DNA from: Myxococcota bacterium
GTDB lineage: Bacteria > Myxococcota > XYA12-FULL-58-9 > JALHOP01
NCBI GenBank assembly: GCA_041288095.1
Contig: JBGGMJ010000085.1
Span: 1-10,155 of the forward strand
Direction: 5' to 3'
DNA length: 10,155 nucleotides
The notes below the pieces were generated by a model. That model was given only the letters and a program-made list of their open reading frames with translations. It had not been told where the DNA came from and did no database searches. Shown here one piece after another: positions 1 to 5,278 of this stretch (position 1 is its first letter; every line of letters starts with the position of its first letter). Made by a program: the position numbers and the translations under genes.

Positions 1-2
1 TT

Positions 3-89
3 TCACACAAGCAGATCCTCCTCGGCGGGGCGCTCATTCTCGTGGCCTACCTGCTCTGGCAGATATTCTTCGCTAAATGGGGACACTAA
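3..89 (+). CDS. 3' end of an upstream gene (partial), ending in a transmembrane helix
   Basis: Frame +3 reads SHKQILLGGALILVAYLLWQIFFAKWGH* (TAA at 87-89). It has GC-rich codon usage and a hydrophobic stretch of about 20 aa, and is open to the window edge. Not in the ORF track because it has no start codon. Confidence 0.6.
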   Translation, partial: SHKQILLGGALILVAYLLWQIFFAKWGH

Positions 90-768
90 CCATTTTCTCC
101 GGCATGACCTGTGGCAGCCGTGGCCTGCCCTTCGAGCGAGCCAGGTGAGTCCGCCCGGTCGTCGCTTCGATGCTAGAGACGAATGCGTCACCACCCAAGG
201 GTCGGCCAGTGCGAGTGTGGCTCCTCACGCGATCCAGCGCGTCGTCGGAAGCATCGAGTGCAAGCAGTGCGGCCCAGTCGTCAATCAGGCCGGTATAGGC
301 AGTCGGTTCGACGATCTTGTCATCAGCGAGACCAAGGTGAGTGCGCGCACTCGAGTACGGCCAATCAGCGGGGCGAGTCACGAGCCCGGCACGCACAGGA
401 TTCATTGCTACGTATCGTGCGGCCGCAATAGCGTGCACCCCGTCCATCACGGTCGAGTGAAACCTGCCCTGCCACAGATAGCCGGTCCAACCACGTTCAG
501 CGTTGATCTGACGGCTGTAGCGTCGGTGAACGTTGCTCATACAGTCGGCAAGTGCATCGACATCTTCGGGCACCGCCACGACGTGTGCATGGTTTGGCAT
601 CAAGCAGTATGCCCAGATCTTCACGCCGGTGCGCGGTGCCCACCATCGCAGTAGTGAAAGGTAGACTCTGTAGTCGTCAGCGGTAAAAAACGTTGTTTGA
701 CGGCGGTTCCCTCGCTGAGTGATGTGATGTGGCAGCCCGGGAACGACGACGCGAGCGATGCGAGGCAT
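73..768 (-). CDS. REP-associated tyrosine transposase (RAYT; Y1_Tnp/IS200-like HUH superfamily), 231 aa
   Basis: N-terminus MPRIARVVVPGLPHHITQRGNRRQ, HUH motif in AYCLMPNHAH, LWQGRF, catalytic-Tyr helix RYVAMNPVRAGLV and WPYSS are all typical of this family. GGAGGAG RBS (774-780) lies 5 nt before the ATG. Confidence 0.93.
   Translation of the reverse strand: MPRIARVVVPGLPHHITQRGNRRQTTFFTADDYRVYLSLLRWWAPRTGVKIWAYCLMPNHAHVVAVPEDVDALADCMSNVHRRYSRQINAERGWTGYLWQGRFHSTVMDGVHAIAAARYVAMNPVRAGLVTRPADWPYSSARTHLGLADDKIVEPTAYTGLIDDWAALLALDASDDALDRVRSHTRTGRPLGGDAFVSSIEATTGRTHLARSKGRPRLPQVMPEKMVSVPI
75..99. repeat. Left inverted repeat, REP-like hairpin
   Basis: AAATGGGGACACTAACCATTTTCTC. Its reverse complement GAGAAAATGGTTAGTGTCCCCATTT matches 936..960 at 23/25. 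Internal stem AAATGG/CCATTT. Confidence 0.85.
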
Positions 769-935
769 GGCAACTCCTCCTACGGCTCGCTCGCGAAAAG
801 TGTGCCGTCGACGCAGCGAGTACGCAGCGAGAGAGCGCTCCGGTCCGCCGTATTGCGGGCCTCAAAATGGACTAGTTCTTCCTCTGTCTCAAAACGCGAC
901 GCGAAATCGTGCGGCGGGCGCGAGAGAGACGGAGA

Positions 936-960
936 GAGAAAATGGTTGATGTCCCCATTT
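936..960. repeat. Right inverted repeat, REP-like hairpin
   Basis: GAGAAAATGGTTGATGTCCCCATTT, with an internal stem AAAATGG/CCATTTT (939..961). Confidence 0.85.
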
Positions 961-964
961 TTAA

Positions 965-984
965 CTGACGTGACGTCACGTCAG
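965..984. repeat. Perfect 20-bp palindrome
   Basis: CTGACGTGACGTCACGTCAG equals its own reverse complement. It lies 4 nt outside the right inverted repeat. Confidence 0.9.
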
Positions 985-1080
985 ACCGAGCGCTTGTCGT
1001 CTTCAGCGGACTAGGCGCACCCGACCGCAGGCCGTCTCGATAACGTGGCGCTCCCACTGCTCTCTCGAGCGAGGTAACCC

Positions 1081-1614
1081 ATGGCGACGTCATCACTTCT
1101 CTACACTGCGCCGTACAAGCAGATTCAAGAGCCCGTCTACAAGATGCTCAAGGAGCGCGGCGTCGATACCAGGGGCATCTCCTACGATGCTCGCCTCAAC
1201 GTCTACATGGCTCGCACCGCTCAAGCGGACGGGAACCCTCGGTTGTCGTGGGAGGAAGCAGCGCGCGCCGTCGAAGACATGGTAGCCGGCCGCCCCGCTC
1301 AGCCGTTGCCCGGCAGCGGTCAGCGCATGTCATACCTCGTCGAAGACCAGCTCGATCTGGGCGGATGGCATGGCGAGCAACGAGGTCGCTGGGAGTCCGA
1401 GATTCGCGACATCGCGGCGAAGAGCGGCGCGGAAGCCAAGCTAGAGGTGGTGCCTGGCACCCTGAAGCCAGTCTCCCGCCTTTCGAAGCTCTTCGGAGTC
1501 ACCGATCGAGCCACCTACCGGATTACCGCGGCGGGAACACGCGCCCAGGTAGAGGCATTCTTCGATGCCTATCACGCACGACGCGTGTACTGGTTGGACC
1601 AGTTCAGCGCGTGA
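1081..1614 (+). CDS. Hypothetical protein, 177 aa
   Basis: GAGGT RBS at 1071-1075, ATG at 1081, GC3-biased codons and a globular-protein composition. No family recognised. Confidence 0.8.
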   Translation: MATSSLLYTAPYKQIQEPVYKMLKERGVDTRGISYDARLNVYMARTAQADGNPRLSWEEAARAVEDMVAGRPAQPLPGSGQRMSYLVEDQLDLGGWHGEQRGRWESEIRDIAAKSGAEAKLEVVPGTLKPVSRLSKLFGVTDRATYRITAAGTRAQVEAFFDAYHARRVYWLDQFSA

Positions 1615-1699
1615 GCTGAAAAGCCGCTTTGGCGGACTGCGGGGATCATCGCCGATGCATCCGACGTCGCGTTTCGCCGACGCACAGCCGAGCGTCGTG

Positions 1700-3955
1700 T
1701 CACAGAGCGTGGCCGAGCACGTGCTCGTAGCCCTGTCCCTCGCAAGTGTCGGACGGCGAGACGAAGTGATCTCCCGTCGCAATGACGTAACACCGGTAGA
1801 TCGGATGAGTGTTGGTTCGGGCTTGCGTGTAGATCCAGCCTTCCGTGCGGACGAGGCTGGTGCCCTCGCAGCCGGGGTCGCCCGACAGCATGTGGTCCCA
1901 GCCGCCGACTAGGCAGTCGTAAAGGGCGCTCGTGCCCGGGACGCTGCTCGTGAAAATGGTGCCCATCGAACCCTCGAGGGTGTAACCCGCGGACACGCCT
2001 CCCGTTGTCGTCCAGTGGTCGGGGCTCCCCACGTAGCGATTGAGCGCGATGAGGTTCGTGCATCCGCCGGCCGCCGCACCGACAGCGGCGCAATAGCCCC
2101 CGGCGTATTGTTGGCAGCTCTGGTAGGCGCACGCTCCCGTCGTGCACATGGCGCATGACGCCGGATCGCACGATGCGCCGTCGTTACGCGTCACGGCCGC
2201 GTTACACGCGCCATTGTTGCAGGTGTAATACAGACAGGTGCCGCCGTCGGCGCAGTAAGAGCCGTTGGGGACGAAGGAGTTGCCCGGGCACACCGCGCTG
2301 CCGCCAGTGCAGACCTCCGCCGGATCACATGGCCCCGCCGAAGCGCGGCATTGAGTGCCGCCGGTGACCAAGCGATCCGTTGGACACGCGGTGCCGCCAT
2401 CGCAGCTCTCGGCGACGTCACACACGCCCGCGGCGGCGCGGCAGGCGGTGCCCGGCGTGACCCGGGCGTCCCCAGGGCACGCGGAGGAGGAGCCGCTGCA
2501 CCTGTCCGCTATATCGCACAATCCGGCGGCGGCCCGACAGACAAGATTCGAGCCCTGGAAAGCATTTGCCGGGCACGCGGGGGAAACACCGGTGCATAGC
2601 TCGGCGACATCGCAGACGCCGGCCGATGCTCGGCACTCCGTGTCCTCATCGACGAAGACGTCGACTGGGCAAGCGCCCGAGGCCCCGGTGCAAGCCTCGG
2701 CGAGGTCGCAGGCGCCGTTCTGCGGGCGACATACAGTGCCGGCGGTGGTGACGGTGTTGGGCGGGCATGCGGGGCTCGTGCCGTCGCAGCGCTCGGCAAT
2801 GTCGCAAAGTCCAGAAGTGGCGCGGCACATCGTGTTGGCCTGGAGCACAGCGTTGGGCGGGCAACCGTCGGAGACTCCGTCGCAGACCTCGGCCACGTCA
2901 CAGGCTCCCGCCGCGACACGGCAGACGTAGCCGGCGCCCCGGCCAGCGCACGCCCGAGGGTCATTGCAGTTGGCCGCGCAGACGCCGTCGCAACACTGAT
3001 GTCCGCTGGCGCAGACGGGGGTGTGCACACATGCGCCGCTCTCACAGGCCGTGGTCTCGCATGGCAAAGCAATGCAGTTTTCGTAGCTGCACGGGGCCGG
3101 CGTGCAGCCAGTGGAGGGGTCGGCGGTTTTGACCGAGGGATCGCAGATGGTGTCGCCGCAACGCGTATCGTCGCGGATCGCGACGCAGCGGCCGTCGTTG
3201 CAACGCTCTTGCGTACATGACGTCAAATCGTCGCACTGCAACTCGAAGTCGCACTCGTGCTGCTGCGCGACACAGCCAACGCCTGGCATGCAACGCTCGT
3301 CGGCGCCGCAGAGACCGTCTTCGCGGCGCTCGAGACAGCTGCCACCGACGCAAACTGCCTGGATGCAAGCCGCGCTCGCTTGGCAATCTCCATCGACCAC
3401 ACACATGGGCGGCGGGCAAAGCTCGGGTGCGAGCGCCGAGCAGCGAGAGCTCACGCACTGCCCACTCAAACATTGGTCGGAGCCGCTACATCGGACATCG
3501 CGGCAGTCGCGCGTCACGATCACTGGCACGGTGATGTCCGAGGCCATGGTGAAACGCACCGTTCGCGCCGCGACTAGCTCACCGCCGCGTTGGAGCTGCA
3601 CCACGACCTCATGATCGCCGGCCGCCATCTCGGTGAACTGCGCCACCGGCCGTGGGTTCACCAGCTCGGTAACGGCGTTGACATTCACGGTACGTGAGCC
3701 GCTGCCGATGAGCACGACGAGCTCGTTGAATTCGTAGCCCGGCATGAAATCGGTGGCGAAAGTCACCGTGGTCACGAGCGTGCCGCCGGCACAGGTGGCG
3801 GCGCATTGACCGCTACAGCAGACCTGCGTGTTGGGGCAGTTGATGTCGTCGAGGCAGGGCGTTCCCGACGAACGGAAGAGGTTGCCGAGATTGCACGATC
3901 CCAACAGGACGATGGCGCCCAAGAGGGCGACGAGCTGTGGGCGCGCGATCGGCAC
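1700..3955 (-). CDS. Cys-rich surface lipoprotein with 7 disintegrin-like repeats and a C-terminal three-repeat (DUF5648-like, possibly beta-trefoil) domain, 751 aa
   Basis: GTG start, hydrophobic signal with lipobox LGS-C21, a beta-rich domain (TDFMPGYEF...VTRDC), Cys-rich modules, 7x CRxxxGxCDxAExCxGxSxxCP, and a C-terminal triple motif LNRY..DHW / LYDC..DHM / IYRC..DHF. Confidence 0.88.
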   Translation of the reverse strand: MPIARPQLVALLGAIVLLGSCNLGNLFRSSGTPCLDDINCPNTQVCCSGQCAATCAGGTLVTTVTFATDFMPGYEFNELVVLIGSGSRTVNVNAVTELVNPRPVAQFTEMAAGDHEVVVQLQRGGELVAARTVRFTMASDITVPVIVTRDCRDVRCSGSDQCLSGQCVSSRCSALAPELCPPPMCVVDGDCQASAACIQAVCVGGSCLERREDGLCGADERCMPGVGCVAQQHECDFELQCDDLTSCTQERCNDGRCVAIRDDTRCGDTICDPSVKTADPSTGCTPAPCSYENCIALPCETTACESGACVHTPVCASGHQCCDGVCAANCNDPRACAGRGAGYVCRVAAGACDVAEVCDGVSDGCPPNAVLQANTMCRATSGLCDIAERCDGTSPACPPNTVTTAGTVCRPQNGACDLAEACTGASGACPVDVFVDEDTECRASAGVCDVAELCTGVSPACPANAFQGSNLVCRAAAGLCDIADRCSGSSSACPGDARVTPGTACRAAAGVCDVAESCDGGTACPTDRLVTGGTQCRASAGPCDPAEVCTGGSAVCPGNSFVPNGSYCADGGTCLYYTCNNGACNAAVTRNDGASCDPASCAMCTTGACAYQSCQQYAGGYCAAVGAAAGGCTNLIALNRYVGSPDHWTTTGGVSAGYTLEGSMGTIFTSSVPGTSALYDCLVGGWDHMLSGDPGCEGTSLVRTEGWIYTQARTNTHPIYRCYVIATGDHFVSPSDTCEGQGYEHVLGHAL
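2279..2926 (-). repeat. Seven tandem disintegrin-like coding repeats, about 32 aa (96 bp) each
   Basis: VCRVAAGACDVAEVCDG, MCRATSGLCDIAERCDG, VCRPQNGACDLAEACTG, ECRASAGVCDVAELCTG, VCRAAAGLCDIADRCSG, ACRAAAGVCDVAESCDG, QCRASAGPCDPAEVCTG, each followed by xxxxCP (one residue shorter in repeat 6). Confidence 0.9.
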
Positions 3956-4123
3956 GGTCTCGAGAATGATAGCAGCCAGGGATGCTTTGCGCGCGCACCT
4001 GTCACGCGGTCAGGCTGCCCGGCGGCGGATTCGCGAGGCAAGCAGCGACGTTCCGCCGAAAACTCCTCTGCAAACGATTCTGGGCGGGTGCTACGCGCAC
4101 GAGCGCCAGCGGGGAGAGCGACG

Positions 4124-4594
4124 ATGAACGCAGCAGGTGGTGTGGATGGGACGCGTGGGGCTGGTTCGGTCGAGGCTCGCACGGGCATCGTGACGTCGCA
4201 GCAAGTGGACGCTGCGACACGCGCGCTGCAGGCGCCCGAGATGGAGCTGTTGATCGCGAAGGCAGCGCAGCTCTACCCGCAGGAGCGGGTGAAGGCCGAG
4301 AACGACCCGTCACGTCACCTCGAAGGCGGGCGTTCCGTGACCGCGAACGCGATCATCGGGGCGCTGAACGCCGCGACTTCACCCAAGGCGGATGCGATGC
4401 GCGACGCCATCAAGACGCTGCTGCGTTATCAGGGGCAGCTCGACATCCAGGAGCGCACGCCACGCGGTCTGAACGCGGCTGAGCGTGAAGACTTTCGGGA
4501 TATCTCGGTGCTCGGCGCCGGCTTGTGCAGCGCCATCGCGAGCTCGGCGTCGGACGGAGTCATCTCCGCGTTCATGCGGGACTTCGCGCGCTAG
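4124..4594 (+). CDS. Hypothetical helical protein, 156 aa (start revised from 3806)
   Basis: GGGGAG RBS at 4111-4116 precedes ATG 4124, in frame with track ORF 3806..4594. The upstream extension overlaps the lipoprotein gene and reads like non-coding sequence. Confidence 0.75.
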   Translation: MNAAGGVDGTRGAGSVEARTGIVTSQQVDAATRALQAPEMELLIAKAAQLYPQERVKAENDPSRHLEGGRSVTANAIIGALNAATSPKADAMRDAIKTLLRYQGQLDIQERTPRGLNAAEREDFRDISVLGAGLCSAIASSASDGVISAFMRDFAR

Positions 4595-4676
4595 GGAACG
4601 CGATACGGCGGTGTTTCGAGCAACGAGCCGAACACATCCGCAATAGCGACGCCAGAGACGCTGAGCACCTCGCGCT

Positions 4677-5150
4677 CTATCCGCGCTTTTCGTCCGCCAA
4701 GCCGTCCAGCAGCCTTTGCAGCAGGGCCGCGAGCGTCTTCTGATCGTCCTTGTCGAGCGCTGAATCGAGGATGGCGGCGGTCTGATTGACCGTCTTGGCG
4801 AAGGTGTCGCGAAATAGCTTTTCTCCGGCGGGCGTGAGGCTGGCGATGACCTCGCGGTCGCTCGCCTTGGAGCGCTCGCGCTTGAGCAGGCCCTTCTCCT
4901 CCATGACGGCGCACACGCGCGTCACGTTCGAGGGCGTCGTGATCATGGCGGCCGCCAAGTCTTTCATCTTCAGCCCCTCGGTATTTCCGAGGGCCGAGAT
5001 CAAATCGAACTCGATCATCGGCAGATCGAGCTCCGCGAAGTGCGTATCGAACTTGCCGCGGAGCGCCGCTCCGGCCTTCCAAACTCGTCTAAGTATTTGA
5101 ACTTGTGGCCATGTTTTTGGTGGCCCCGGGTGCCTGAACTTCTCGGACAT
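4677..5150 (-). CDS. MarR-family winged-helix transcriptional regulator, about 157 aa
   Basis: LPMIEFDLISAL, LKMKDLAAAMITTPSNVTRVCAVMEEKGLLKR (HTH) and SDREVIASLTPAG (wing; canonical DRR...LT..G). ATG 5150 is preferred over GTG 5156 on RBS spacing (GGGG at 5159-5162). Confidence 0.93.
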   Translation of the reverse strand: MSEKFRHPGPPKTWPQVQILRRVWKAGAALRGKFDTHFAELDLPMIEFDLISALGNTEGLKMKDLAAAMITTPSNVTRVCAVMEEKGLLKRERSKASDREVIASLTPAGEKLFRDTFAKTVNQTAAILDSALDKDDQKTLAALLQRLLDGLADEKRG

Positions 5151-5278
5151 GGTCACTACCCCTACGTTCCTAGTTTGTTCCTGTCAAAACTATTCGTCAA
5201 CAAAACATTTCAAAATAAACAGTTGCAAAATGAAGTGTTCACCGATAATCAATTGGTATCACCCTCAAGGGGAATAGA
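5151..5278. promoter_or_regulatory. AT-rich divergent promoter region with a putative MarR operator array
   Basis: The only strongly AT-rich stretch in the window. Five degenerate GTT-N8-AAC units start at 5177, 5192, 5207, 5222 and 5237. Confidence 0.65.

Larger units (their letters stand above)
75..960. mobile_element. RAYT locus bounded by 25-bp imperfect inverted repeats
   Basis: The transposase gene and its upstream region lie between the inverted repeats at 75..99 and 936..960. No target-site duplication is visible. Confidence 0.6.

Noticed and set aside
60..975. Classical DDE insertion sequence with terminal inverted repeats and target-site duplication
   Set aside because: The enzyme is HUH/Y1-type, not DDE, and the flanks (TTCGCT vs TTAACT) show no direct duplication.
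1615..1699. Intrinsic terminator between the convergent genes
   Set aside because: Only short GC hairpins (CCGC-TTTG-GCGG; CGACGC-N8-GCGTCG) without a convincing U-tract.
2279..2926. CRISPR array or DGR-like repeats
   Set aside because: The repeats are in-frame protein repeats that diverge at synonymous positions. There are no identical repeats with unique spacers, and no cas or reverse transcriptase gene.
1700..3955. ADAM-type protease, RGD integrin ligand or multiheme cytochrome
   Set aside because: No HExxH, RGD or CxxCH motif in the translation.
3806..4123. N-terminal extension of ORF 3806..4594
   Set aside because: It overlaps the lipoprotein start on the opposite strand, is Arg/Ser/Ala-rich like non-coding sequence, and a good RBS plus ATG exists at 4124.
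4595..4676. Imperfect hairpin as terminator or REP copy
   Set aside because: The stem is bulged, has no U-tract and shows no similarity to the RAYT-flanking repeats.
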